DNA of 29,266 nt, from assembly GCA_036149055.1 (NCBI GenBank), contig JAYZQJ010000020.1, forward strand, positions 1 through 29,266. The letters run 5' to 3'. This DNA is from Myxococcota bacterium (GTDB lineage Bacteria; Myxococcota_A; Polyangia; Polyangiales; Sandaracinaceae). Made by a program: the position numbers and the translations under genes. Shown here one piece after another: positions 20,187-29,266 of this stretch (the first letter of the stretch is position 1; every line of letters starts with the position of its first letter). The notes under the pieces were generated by a model. That model was not told the origin of the DNA, did not search any database, and was given only the letters and a program-made list of their open reading frames with translations.

Positions 20187-21928
20187 GCGCCGCCCACCCG
20201 GACCTCGAACCGCTCGCGCTCGGCTTCCGCGAGCGCTACCTGCACTACGACGAGCTCACCGAGCAGCTCAAGTCGTGGGCGGACGCCTTCCCCGAGCTCG
20301 TGCGCCTCGAGTCGATCGGAAAGAGCCGGGAGGGCCGCGAGCTCTGGCTGCTGACCGTCGGCCCGGACCCGGACCAGGTGCGGCCCGCGGTGTGGGTGGA
20401 CGGCAACATGCACGCCGGTGAGCTGGCCGGCTCGAGCGTGGCCCTCGCGATCGCGGAGGAGGCGCTCGCGCTGCACCTCTCGCCGCCCGACCCGGACCCC
20501 GTCCCCGGCCCGGTGCGGCGCGCGGCCCAGCAGGTCCTCTTCCACGTGCTGCCGCGCATGAGCCCGGACGGCGCGGAGGCGGTGCTCGACACCGGGCGCT
20601 ACGTCCGCAGCGTGCCGCGCGACGAGCGGCCCGATCGGAACCGCCCGCGCTGGGTCGCCGACGACGTGGACGGCGACGGCGAGTGCCTGGCGATGCGGCA
20701 GCTCGACCCGACCGGCGAGTGGGTGGACCACCCCGAGTACCCGGGCGTGCTGGTGCCGCGCACCGTCGAGGACGAGGGCCCGTTCTACAAGGTCTACCCG
20801 GAGGGCCACGTCGAGCACTGGGACGGTCACTCCATCCCGGACGCCGACTTCCTCGGCGACAACCACCCCGACCTCAACCGCAACTTCCCCTGGGAGTGGT
20901 CGGGCGAGCACGCGCAGCACGGCGCGGGCAGCCACCCCGGCAGCGAGCCAGAGGCGGCGGCGGTGATCGAGCAGGCGTCGCGGCGGCCCAACCTCTTCGC
21001 GTGGCTGAACCTGCACACCTTCGGCGGGGTGCTCATCCGGCCGCCCGGCAACCAGCCGGACGAGGACATGGACCAGAAGGACCTCGCCGTGTACCGGCAG
21101 GTCGAGCACTGGGCCGAGGAGCTGACCGGCTACCCGATGGTGAGCGGCTACGAGGAGTTCCTCTACCGCCCCAACGAGATCGTGCGAGGGGCGCTCGCCG
21201 AGTGGGCCTACGTCGAGCGCGGCTGCCTCGCGTGGGTCACCGAGCTGTGGGACATCTTCGCCCGGCTCGACATGGAGCGGCCGCCACGCTTCGTCGACTA
21301 CTACTCCCGGATGAGCCGCGAGGACATCGGCGCCCTGGCCGAGTGGGACCGCGAGGACAACGGCGGCCGCGTCTTCCGCGCCTGGCGCCCTTTCCGACAC
21401 CCGCAGCTCGGCCTGGTCGAGCTCGGCGGGGTGGACCCGCGGGTGGGACTGCAGAACCCGTCCTACGAAGCGCTGCCCGAGATCTGCGCGCAGCACTCGC
21501 AACACCTCTTGCGCGTGGCGGCGATGGCGCCGCGGGTCGTCGTCGCCGACATCGCCCAGCGGCGGACCGGCGACGTCACCACCCTGACCGCGGTGGTGGA
21601 GAACCGCGGCTACCTGCCCACCCACGGCGTGCACGCCGCGAAGAGCCACCCGTTCGCCGAGCCGCTCTGGGCCGACGTGATCTGCGAGGGCGGCGTGTCG
21701 CTCGCGCACGAGGACGAGGCGCACCGCGAGATCGGCCACCTCCAGGGTTGGGGGCGCGGCCGCTTCGACCTCAGCCAGGCGATCTTCTTCCAGCGCAGTC
21801 AGGGCAGCGTCAGCCGCAGGACGCTCCGCTGGACGCTCCACGGGAGCGGCGAGGTGAAGCTCGTGATCGGGGGCTGTCGCACCGGGTGGATCGAGCAGCG
21901 GGTCACGATCGGCGAAGGCTCGACCTGA
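20183..21928 (+). CDS. M14 family zinc metallocarboxypeptidase
   Basis: LESIGKSREGREL, DGNMHAGE (HxxE), DLNRNFP, SEPE, NLHT; GTGA overlap with the upstream stop; no signal peptide. Confidence 0.92.
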   Translation: MSAAHPDLEPLALGFRERYLHYDELTEQLKSWADAFPELVRLESIGKSREGRELWLLTVGPDPDQVRPAVWVDGNMHAGELAGSSVALAIAEEALALHLSPPDPDPVPGPVRRAAQQVLFHVLPRMSPDGAEAVLDTGRYVRSVPRDERPDRNRPRWVADDVDGDGECLAMRQLDPTGEWVDHPEYPGVLVPRTVEDEGPFYKVYPEGHVEHWDGHSIPDADFLGDNHPDLNRNFPWEWSGEHAQHGAGSHPGSEPEAAAVIEQASRRPNLFAWLNLHTFGGVLIRPPGNQPDEDMDQKDLAVYRQVEHWAEELTGYPMVSGYEEFLYRPNEIVRGALAEWAYVERGCLAWVTELWDIFARLDMERPPRFVDYYSRMSREDIGALAEWDREDNGGRVFRAWRPFRHPQLGLVELGGVDPRVGLQNPSYEALPEICAQHSQHLLRVAAMAPRVVVADIAQRRTGDVTTLTAVVENRGYLPTHGVHAAKSHPFAEPLWADVICEGGVSLAHEDEAHREIGHLQGWGRGRFDLSQAIFFQRSQGSVSRRTLRWTLHGSGEVKLVIGGCRTGWIEQRVTIGEGST

Positions 21929-22085
21929 CGCGGGACCAGGCGCGGTGCACGGCGCGCTGCACGCGCCCCACCCACGCCGGCTCCTCGTACTCGCTGGGCC
22001 GCACCGTGTGCACGGTGAGCGGCGTCCGATCCGGCTTGGACTGCTCCCGATACCCCTCCCGCCTCGGATGCACGCGCGACTTCAT
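21903..22085 (-). CDS. Possible small basic protein (60 aa)
   Basis: ATG 6 nt after the stop of the upstream same-strand gene, almost all codons end in G/C, fills an otherwise empty gap; overlaps the M14 3' end by 26 nt. Confidence 0.45.
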   Translation of the reverse strand: MKSRVHPRREGYREQSKPDRTPLTVHTVRPSEYEEPAWVGRVQRAVHRAWSRVRSSLRRS

Positions 22086-22091
22086 CTGGGA

Positions 22092-23495
22092 TCAGGGTGA
22101 CGCCTCCAGCGCACGCGATCCACGCCCGCCCGGCTTTCCCAGCACGTGACGGAGCGCGGGCTCGAGGTGGCGATGCGCGAACGGGTAGCCGGCCGCCTCG
22201 AGGCGCGTGGGCAGCGCGCGCTGCCCGCCGAGCAGGGTCGCCTCGCCCATCTCGCCGAGCGCGAGCTTCACCGCGGCCGCGGGGATCGAGAACGGGGTCG
22301 GCCTGCGGAGGACGCCGCCCAGCGTGTTCGTGAACGTCTCATTGTCGACCGGCGCGGGCGCGACCACGTTGACCGGGCCCTCGAGCGCGTCGTCGAGGAG
22401 CGCGTAGTAGAGGGCGCCGATCGCGTCGTCGATGCTCACCCAGGCCATCGGCTGCGCGCCGTCGCCGACCGGGCCGCCGAGCCCGAGCGAGAACGGCGTC
22501 TTCATCTTGGCGAGCGCGCCGCCGGCCGGGCTGAGCACCACGCCCATGCGCGGGTTGACCACGCGGACGCCCACGTCGCGGGCCCGCCAGCTCGCCTCCT
22601 CCCACGCGCGGCAGACCTCGGCGAGGAAGCCGTCCCCGGCGGGCGCGTCCTCGTCGACGGGGAGCGGCCCGGTGTCGCCGTAGAAGCCGACGGCGGACAT
22701 GCTGACGAAGGTCTTCGGCGGCGCGTCGAGCGAGGCGATCGCCTCCGCGAGCAGCGCGGTGCCCTCGACCCGGCTGCCGCGGATGCGCGCCTTGGCGGCC
22801 TCGGTCCAGCGCTGCGCGATGCTCTCGCCGGCCAGGTGGATCACCGCGTCGGCGCCCGAGAGCGCGGCCCGATCGATCTCGCCGTCGCGCGGGCTCCAGC
22901 CGATCTCGCCGTCCCGAGGCGCGCGTCGCACGATCGGGAGCACCTCGTGACCGCCGGTCTCGAGCAGCGCGCGGAGGCTCGTGCCGATGAGCCCGGAGGC
23001 GCCGCTGACGGCGACCTTGAGACGTCGCTCGCCGGCGAGGGCGTGGAGGCGCGCGTCGTGCGCGAGGACCTCGTGGCGATAGCGGAACATGCGCTGCAGG
23101 CGCCGCTCGACGAGGCGACCGCCGAAGACCCGACCGAGCGCGCCGAGCGGGAGCGCGTAGGCGACCTCGTCGATCATCGTGGAGCCGCCGCCCTCGGCGG
23201 GCTCGACGCGGTGGGTGTGCTCCCAGGCGGCGAAGGGACCCTTCACCTGGACGTCGACGAACTGCCGACCCGGCTCGTAGCCCTTGTGCTCGGCGACCCA
23301 GCGCTGCGAGAGCGGCCCCACCTTCATCCGGAGCACGGTGCGGTCGCCGTCCCGGATGGAGCCCTCGCGGCGGACCACCTCGACCTTCTCGTAAGGCGGC
23401 GTGAGGCGCTCGAACGCCCCGGGGCGCTCGTGGAACGCGAAGACCTGGGCGGCGGGCGCGGGGATGGACGACCGGGCGACGAAGGACTGATCCAT
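22092..23495 (-). CDS. SRPBCC (START-like) domain fused to TIGR01777-family NAD-dependent epimerase-like oxidoreductase
   Basis: N-terminal FAFHERPGAFERLTPP...FVDVQVKGPFAAWEHTH; then VSGASGLIG, IHLAGE, SAVGFYG, FLAEVCRAWE, GLGG.VGDG.Q, GPVN; start ATG 23495. Confidence 0.92.
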   Translation of the reverse strand: MDQSFVARSSIPAPAAQVFAFHERPGAFERLTPPYEKVEVVRREGSIRDGDRTVLRMKVGPLSQRWVAEHKGYEPGRQFVDVQVKGPFAAWEHTHRVEPAEGGGSTMIDEVAYALPLGALGRVFGGRLVERRLQRMFRYRHEVLAHDARLHALAGERRLKVAVSGASGLIGTSLRALLETGGHEVLPIVRRAPRDGEIGWSPRDGEIDRAALSGADAVIHLAGESIAQRWTEAAKARIRGSRVEGTALLAEAIASLDAPPKTFVSMSAVGFYGDTGPLPVDEDAPAGDGFLAEVCRAWEEASWRARDVGVRVVNPRMGVVLSPAGGALAKMKTPFSLGLGGPVGDGAQPMAWVSIDDAIGALYYALLDDALEGPVNVVAPAPVDNETFTNTLGGVLRRPTPFSIPAAAVKLALGEMGEATLLGGQRALPTRLEAAGYPFAHRHLEPALRHVLGKPGGRGSRALEASP

Positions 23496-23543
23496 GCCGC
23501 CACACCTAGGCTCGAAACGCGAGCGCGCCCACGGCGCAGGCAC

Positions 23544-23556
23544 TATCCTCGTCACG
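23544..23556 (+). promoter_or_regulatory. Putative -10 element of a leaderless transcript
   Basis: TATCCT(23544-23549)-N7-ATG(23557); no Shine-Dalgarno. Confidence 0.5.
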
Positions 23557-25572
23557 ATGAGCTCTCGAGCCGCCTGGGCCGCGGTCTGCGCCGCGTCGCT
23601 GCTCGCGCTGGCGTGCGACGGCGAGCCGGCCCCGCCCGACGGCGCGGTGGAGGGCGACGCCGGGGCCCAGCTCGCCGCGGCGCCGCGGGTCGACCACGAG
23701 TCGGGGGAGCTCTGGGCGGCGCCCTGGCCCGACGAGCGGCTGCGGCGCGCCGACGGCACCGTCGACGTCTCGAGCTTCCCGCCCGGGCGCAACGTCGCGA
23801 TCGTCCGGCAGCTCCTCGCGCTGCTGTCGGACGCGGACGGCTTCGGCACCTCGTCGACCGTCTACTTCCCGATGACCGCGGCGCTCGACCCGGCGTCCCT
23901 GCCCGGCGCGCACGAGAGCCTGGACGACGCGGCGTCGGTGTACCTCGTCGACGTCGACCCGAGCTCGCCCGAGCGCGGCGCTCGGACGCCGATCGACGTC
24001 GCGTTCGAGCGCGATCCCGGACCGCTCTCGGTGCCGAACGTGCTCGCCGTCCTGCCCCTCCAGGGCCGCCCGCTACGCGCGAGCCGCCTCTACGCCGCGG
24101 TGGTCACGACGCGCGCCCGGGGTGCGGACGGGTCGCCGCTCCAGGTCGCCCCGGCGCACGCGGCGATCGAGCGCGGCGAGCGCCCGGCGGGCATGAGCGA
24201 GGCCGCGTACGAGGCCCACCGCGTCGCCCTCGAGACCGTGGACGACGAGGTCGCGGCGATGGCGGTCTTCCGCACCTGGGATCCGATGCGCGCCCTGCGC
24301 GACGCTCGGGAGCAGGCGCTCGCCGCGCCGCCGCCGACGCCGACCGACCCGACGCTCACCGAGACCTACGACGACTACTGCGTCTTCCAGGCGACCGTCG
24401 ACATGCCGGTGTTCCAGGCCGGGGAGCCGCCCTACTCCGCCGAAGGTGGCGGCTGGGTCTGGGACGGCGACCGGCTCGTCGAGCAGCGGCGGGTGACGTC
24501 GAACGTCTGGATCACCGTGCCGCGCGCCGAGATGCCCGACGGGGGGTTCCCGGCCGCGGTGTTCGTGCGCACCGGCGGAGGCGGCGATCGGCCCCTGATC
24601 GATCGCGGACCGCGCGCGGTGGCCGGCGAGCCCGGGCCCCCCGGCGCCGGGCCGGCCGGAGCGTTCGCCCGCGCGGGGCGCGTCGGGGTGAGCGTCGACG
24701 GCCCCCTCGGCGGCCTGCGCAACCTCGAGGGCTGGGACGAGCAGTTCGCGATCTTCAACATCGGCAACCCCGAGGGGCTCCGGGACACCATCCGGCAGTC
24801 CGCCCTCGAGCTGATCCTGCTGACCGAGGTGCTCGAGTCGCTGTCCTTCGACGCGAGCGCGTGCGAGGGGCTCGTGGCCGCGGGGCCGCTGACCCTCGAC
24901 ACCGGCTCGCTCGCGATCATGGGGCACTCGATGGGCGCCACCATCGCGCCGCTCGCGGTCGCGCTCGAGCCGCGCTACCGCGCGCTGATCCTGAGCGGGG
25001 CGGGGGCCAGCTGGATCCACAACGTCATCTACAAGGAGAGCCCGATCCGGGTGCGCCCCGCGGCCGAGAGCCTCCTCCGCTACACCGTGCTCGGCCACCA
25101 GGTCACCGTGCACGACCCCGCGCTCGCCCTGCTCCAGTGGGCCGGCGAGGTCGCCGATCCGCAGGTCTACGCGCCCTCGATCCTCGCCGCGGGTGAGCCC
25201 CGCCACGTGCTGATGTTCCAGGGGATCCTCGACACCTACATCCCGCCGCCGATCGCCAACGCACTGAGCCTCGCGCTCGGGCTCGACCTCGCGGGCGGCA
25301 GCCTCGACGGCTCGGTCGCGGACCGCTTCGCGCCCCTGTCGTCGGTGCTCGACCTCGGGGGCGGCGAGGCGCTCACCCTGCCCGTCCAGGGCAACGCGCG
25401 CGACGGCGCGGCGACCGCGGTGATCGTCCAGCACGACGAGGACGGGGTCGAGGACGGCCACGAGGTCGTGTTCCAGCGCCCCGAGCCGCGGGCCCAGTAC
25501 CGCTGCTTCCTGGAGACGCTCGGCGGCGACGCGCCCCCCACCGTCGTGGCCCGCGACGGCGCCTGCCCCTGA
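23557..25572 (+). CDS. Large lipoprotein with N-terminal Ig-like region and alpha/beta hydrolase domain
   Basis: Lipobox ALAC; PWPD, DGFG, PL.G.PL...Y N-terminal motifs; nucleophile elbow GHSMG, candidate acid (QGILD) and His (DGHEV). Confidence 0.85.
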   Translation: MSSRAAWAAVCAASLLALACDGEPAPPDGAVEGDAGAQLAAAPRVDHESGELWAAPWPDERLRRADGTVDVSSFPPGRNVAIVRQLLALLSDADGFGTSSTVYFPMTAALDPASLPGAHESLDDAASVYLVDVDPSSPERGARTPIDVAFERDPGPLSVPNVLAVLPLQGRPLRASRLYAAVVTTRARGADGSPLQVAPAHAAIERGERPAGMSEAAYEAHRVALETVDDEVAAMAVFRTWDPMRALRDAREQALAAPPPTPTDPTLTETYDDYCVFQATVDMPVFQAGEPPYSAEGGGWVWDGDRLVEQRRVTSNVWITVPRAEMPDGGFPAAVFVRTGGGGDRPLIDRGPRAVAGEPGPPGAGPAGAFARAGRVGVSVDGPLGGLRNLEGWDEQFAIFNIGNPEGLRDTIRQSALELILLTEVLESLSFDASACEGLVAAGPLTLDTGSLAIMGHSMGATIAPLAVALEPRYRALILSGAGASWIHNVIYKESPIRVRPAAESLLRYTVLGHQVTVHDPALALLQWAGEVADPQVYAPSILAAGEPRHVLMFQGILDTYIPPPIANALSLALGLDLAGGSLDGSVADRFAPLSSVLDLGGGEALTLPVQGNARDGAATAVIVQHDEDGVEDGHEVVFQRPEPRAQYRCFLETLGGDAPPTVVARDGACP

Positions 25573-25625
25573 CGCGGGGCTCAAGGTCTCGGCTCCGCGT
25601 CCGTCTGTGGCGTGGGGAGGGCGCC

Positions 25626-26879
25626 GTGCACGCACTGGACAAGGTCGAATCCGTCGCACCACCGACGACGACGCCGCGCGCGTGGCTGGCGCGGCAGCCG
25701 ATCCTCGATCGCCTGGGGGGCACCTACGCGTACGAGCTGCTGTTCCGCTCGGGCGCCGCCAACCGTGCGATCTTCACCGACGGCAGCCAGGCGGCCGCGC
25801 AGACCATGATGACGGCCTTCGCCGAGATGGAGCTCGGCGACGTCGTCGGGCGGGCGAAGGCGTTCTTCAACGTCACCCGCGACGTGCTGCTGTCGCCCGG
25901 GATCGAGGCCCTCCCCAAGCACCGGGTCGTGCTGGAGGTGCTCGAGACGGTGCACATCGACGACGCGCTCGTCGGGCGGATGCGGGAGCTCCGAGACGCC
26001 GGCTTCCACCTCGCGATCGACGACTTCGGCATGCGCGAGGAGCTCTGGTCGCTGGTCGAGCTGGCCGACATCGTGAAGGTCGACGTGCTCGCGCTCGACG
26101 ACGACGCGCTCGAGGAGACCACGCGACGGCTGAAGGCGACCGGGGTCCGGCTCCTCGCGGAGAAGGTGGAGACGCGCGCCCAGCACCAGCGGGTCCTCGC
26201 GCTCGGCTACGACTACTTCCAGGGCTACTTCTTCCAGGTGCCCGAGATGCTGAGCGCGACCCGGCTGCCGCAGACGCGCATGGAGACCATGCAGCTCATG
26301 GCGAAGGTCCGCCGCGAGGACACGCCGCTCTCCGAGCTCGAGCGACTCATCTCCGCCGACGCCTCGCTCTCCTACCGGCTGCTCCGGCTGCTCGCGAGCG
26401 CGGCGTACGCGCGGTCCCACAAGATCGACAGCGTGCACCGCGCGATCGTCATGCTGGGCCGACAGAAGCTCGCGCAGTGGGTCACGCTGCTCGCGCTCGC
26501 GGGGCTCGACGACCAGCCGCCCGCGCTGCTCGCGACCGCGGTCCTGCGCGCGCGCATGTGCGAGCTGCTCGGGAAGAAGATCGGGCGCCACGACCCCGCG
26601 ACCTTCTACAGCGCCGGGCTCTTCTCGCTGCTCGACGTGATGATGGGCCGCCCGATGAAGGAGCTGCTCGACCACATGCCGATCTCGAGCGAGCTCGAGG
26701 CGGCGCTGCTGAAGCGCAAGGGGACGGTGGGCGCCACGCTGCGCGCGGTCGCCGACTACGAGCAAGGCGAGTGGCGCGCCATCGACCTCGTCCGGCTCCC
26801 GCCCGAGGACTTCGCCGACGCCTACTTCGCCGCCGTCCGCTGGTCCGCCGAGGTCATGCGCGAGCTCGGCCTCGCGTAG
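25626..26879 (+). CDS. EAL plus HDOD domain c-di-GMP phosphodiesterase-like protein (CdgJ/YuxH type)
   Basis: ARQPI..YELLFR, FFN, LEVLE, AIDDF, VKVD, LAEKVET, FQGYFF; HDOD motifs D.SLSYRLL, RARMCE, GLFSLLD; GGAGG Shine-Dalgarno. Confidence 0.93.
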   Translation: MHALDKVESVAPPTTTPRAWLARQPILDRLGGTYAYELLFRSGAANRAIFTDGSQAAAQTMMTAFAEMELGDVVGRAKAFFNVTRDVLLSPGIEALPKHRVVLEVLETVHIDDALVGRMRELRDAGFHLAIDDFGMREELWSLVELADIVKVDVLALDDDALEETTRRLKATGVRLLAEKVETRAQHQRVLALGYDYFQGYFFQVPEMLSATRLPQTRMETMQLMAKVRREDTPLSELERLISADASLSYRLLRLLASAAYARSHKIDSVHRAIVMLGRQKLAQWVTLLALAGLDDQPPALLATAVLRARMCELLGKKIGRHDPATFYSAGLFSLLDVMMGRPMKELLDHMPISSELEAALLKRKGTVGATLRAVADYEQGEWRAIDLVRLPPEDFADAYFAAVRWSAEVMRELGLA

Positions 26880-26882
26880 CCG

Positions 26883-28355
26883 TCAGGGGGCGCCGGGGAC
26901 GCGGGTGCGCCGCACGCCGAAGCGGCTGCGCTCGGGCGGCGGGACCCACCCGCCGAACGCGCGCTCGAGCTCCTTGGCCACCGCGATGGTCACGTGGTCG
27001 TTGCCGTGGCGCGCGATCACCTGGACGCCGATCGGGATCCCGCGCCGCGAGAGGCCGAGCGGGACCTGGGTGGACGGGAACCCCATCACGTTGATGATCG
27101 CGGTGTAGACGAAGTGCAGCGGGCGCAGGAGAGGCGAGAAGTGATGCGGGGCCGGGCGCGAGTAGCTGGGGTAGAGCATCACGCCGTCGCCGATCGCCTC
27201 GGTGAGCTCCTCCCGGAGCGCGGCCGCCTCGTCCACCAGCCCGCGGGTGCGTGACGGGAACGCCTCCGGGACGCGCTCCACCGCGGCGAGCGCGAGGGCC
27301 GGGATCGTGTGATCGGAGCGGCGCAGCGCACACTTGAAGAGCTCGGGCAGGATCGGCTTGCGGGCGCCGTCCGCCATCAGGGCGCCGAAGGGGGTCCCTC
27401 CCGCGGCAGACATGGCCGCCGACCAGTGGTGCAGAGAGCGCTTCAGCGCGTCGAAGCGCCGCGTCGTCACCCGGGCGCCGCGCTCCCCCAGCCACTCGGC
27501 CACGCGGGTCTGCCCGGCGCGCAGCGCAGGATGAACGGGGGTCGACCCGTTGTCAGGCACGGAGAGCACCGAGAGCTGAGAGACGTCGACCTGCTCGGGA
27601 TCCCCGAGCGCGATCTCGCGGCACGCGGGGCACTCGCCGTCCGGGCCGGCCAGCACCTCGAGGAGCGGCCAGAGATCCTCGGCGCGTCGCGCGAGGGGGC
27701 CGGTCGAGAGGTAGGAGGCGGCCTCGTTCTCGGCGAGGGGCCACTGCCCGGTGTTCGGGACCAGCCCGGCGGAGGGCTTGTGTCCGAAGACGCCGTTGAA
27801 GAACGCGGGCATCCGGATGGAGCCGCCGACGTCGGCGCCGAGCCCGAAGGGAGAGATGGCCGCGCCGACCGCCGCGCCCTCCCCGCCCGACGAGCCGCCG
27901 ACGATGCGACGCGGGTTGTACGGGTTGTTGGAGCGGCCGTAGACGCGGTTGTTGCTCTCCATCCACATCAGCAGCTCGGAGACGTTGGTCACGCCGATGG
28001 GGATCGCGCCGGCGGCTCGAAGCCGCGCCACCGTGACCGCGTCGGATCGACCCCGACGGTCCTTCCGGGAGACCAGCCCCGCGGTGTGGGGCATGCCCTC
28101 GAGCTCGAAGCTCTCCTTGATGGTGCAGGGGACCCCGTGGAACGGGCCGTCGGGTCCCTGCGTCTTCAGACGGCGGTCGGCGTCGCGCGCCTCCTGCAGC
28201 GCCTCCCGCACCCGCACCCGAACCACGGCGTTGAGCGTCGGGTTCACGCGCCGGAGCCGATCGAGGTGGAGGGTCACGACCTCCTCGCTGCTCGTCTCGC
28301 CGTCCCGGATGAGCCGCGCGAGCTCGGAGGCCGACTTCATCAGATAGGGGTGCAT
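26883..28355 (-). CDS. Amidase signature family enzyme (FAAH2-like)
   Basis: GVPCTIKES (catalytic Lys), GGSSGGEGA, GADVGGSIRMPA (catalytic Ser), PIGVQV. Confidence 0.95.
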   Translation of the reverse strand: MHPYLMKSASELARLIRDGETSSEEVVTLHLDRLRRVNPTLNAVVRVRVREALQEARDADRRLKTQGPDGPFHGVPCTIKESFELEGMPHTAGLVSRKDRRGRSDAVTVARLRAAGAIPIGVTNVSELLMWMESNNRVYGRSNNPYNPRRIVGGSSGGEGAAVGAAISPFGLGADVGGSIRMPAFFNGVFGHKPSAGLVPNTGQWPLAENEAASYLSTGPLARRAEDLWPLLEVLAGPDGECPACREIALGDPEQVDVSQLSVLSVPDNGSTPVHPALRAGQTRVAEWLGERGARVTTRRFDALKRSLHHWSAAMSAAGGTPFGALMADGARKPILPELFKCALRRSDHTIPALALAAVERVPEAFPSRTRGLVDEAAALREELTEAIGDGVMLYPSYSRPAPHHFSPLLRPLHFVYTAIINVMGFPSTQVPLGLSRRGIPIGVQVIARHGNDHVTIAVAKELERAFGGWVPPPERSRFGVRRTRVPGAP

Positions 28356-28356
28356 C

Positions 28357-29115
28357 TCAGTCTCCTTCGGCGAAGAGCGGAGCGAACGGGTCGGGCCCGT
28401 CGATGAGGTCCTCGAGCGTCGCGGCGCCCTCGACGTCGGTCAGCTCGAGGGTGAGCCCGAGCGGGCCGCGGTGGCGCGTCGAGACCCGAGCGCCGGTCGA
28501 GAGCGACCGCCAGCCCTCCCAGGTCGTCTCCACCCCGCCGATCGGGAGGATCGACACCCAGAGCTTCCAGCGGGTCGGCGTGCCGTCCTCGCCGAGCGTC
28601 CAGAGGTACGCGTCGCCGGGAGTCAGGCCGCCGGACGTGTAGCGGACGAGCAGCGCGTCCTCCGACAGCCGCTCGCGGACCACGCCGTCGTCACGCAGCT
28701 TGGCGATGGGGTTGAGCCAGAACGAGTCGTTGACCCAGGCCGCGTGCGCCGCCTCGAGGATCTCGCGCGCCTCCTCGCCGTGGACGCGGCGGCCGGCCCG
28801 GAACGCGGCGCCGTGGGGCCCGCCGACGTGGAGGAGCGCCTCGGTGTCGCCGGTGCGGACGCGAGCGACGTGGCGGCGGCGATCCCAGAGGTGCGCGTTG
28901 ACCCCCGCGAACGTCCAGCGGACCGCGCCGGTCGACGCCCAGGCCTCGACGTCTACCGCCTGCTCCATGCGCTCGGCGAGCGCCTCGGCCTCGGGCCCGG
29001 GCCGCGCCCCCTCGGGCCTGCCCTCGTGGGCCACCGCGAGCGTGATCCCCAGCGCGAGCACCAGGATGCCCACGACGATGCCGGCCCACTTCAGGACCTT
29101 CTTCAGCCGCCCCAC
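28357..29115 (-). CDS. Membrane-anchored Trp-rich hypothetical protein
   Basis: Basic N-terminus plus TM helix (KKVLKWAGIVVGILVLALGITLAVA), then HLWDR, NDSFWL, TPGDAYLW, WKLWVSILPIGG; start set at GTG 29115; ends 1 nt before the amidase ATG. Confidence 0.8.
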   Translation of the reverse strand: MGRLKKVLKWAGIVVGILVLALGITLAVAHEGRPEGARPGPEAEALAERMEQAVDVEAWASTGAVRWTFAGVNAHLWDRRRHVARVRTGDTEALLHVGGPHGAAFRAGRRVHGEEAREILEAAHAAWVNDSFWLNPIAKLRDDGVVRERLSEDALLVRYTSGGLTPGDAYLWTLGEDGTPTRWKLWVSILPIGGVETTWEGWRSLSTGARVSTRHRGPLGLTLELTDVEGAATLEDLIDGPDPFAPLFAEGD

Positions 29116-29266
29116 CTGGCGTCGATAGCACATCGCGGGACCGGCGGCCGCCACCCCCGGGCCCGCCACCTCCGCCAGATCGGCCGCGTAAGTACGCGGA
29201 ATCACATGAGCGGGGTCCGGCACGGGCGATGAAACGGGTGGCGGCGTGTCCGACCCCGCCGTCCAG

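Noticed and set aside
22092..23495. SRPBCC-TIGR01777 fusion as a novelty
   Set aside because: This fusion is a known recurring architecture in several bacterial phyla.
29246..29266. Possible start of a gene running off the window (GTG TCC GAC CCC GCC GTC CAG)
   Set aside because: Only seven codons are visible, too little to support a call.

Overview
Very GC-rich bacterial chromosomal DNA with densely packed genes. Gene content (Cys-rich MopE-type repeat/C-type lectin lipoprotein, many lipoproteins, a V4R/HNOB-like orphan) suggests Myxococcota, probably Polyangiales/Sandaracinaceae-like; this is inference. About 26 genes are supportable: sahR-ahcY divergent from a CysA-type rhodanese followed by two tandem paralogous small single-Cys proteins; znuACB; a double zinc-ribbon gene and an orphan leading into a class II CPD photolyase and an FeS-BCP photolyase; a membrane protein/Cys-rich lipoprotein pair; an HPF-like protein; a kappa-GST/DsbA-family protein coupled to an M50 protease; boxC-boxB without boxA; a kelch lipoprotein; a MopE-repeat lectin; an M14 peptidase; SRPBCC-TIGR01777; a lipoprotein alpha/beta hydrolase; an EAL-HDOD protein; an amidase and a membrane-anchored hypothetical. 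No rRNA, tRNA, CRISPR array, transposase or phage gene was seen. The best leads are: (i) the rhodanese plus tandem single-Cys paralogs beside the SahR divergon, a candidate sulfur relay; (ii) a recurring TANNNT-N6-8-ATG signature without Shine-Dalgarno at operon-first genes, suggesting widespread leaderless transcription; (iii) a nested GNA-triloop hairpin element at 1-136; (iv) a reductase-less boxCB locus. Most long overlapping ORFs in the supplied track are GC-driven shadows.
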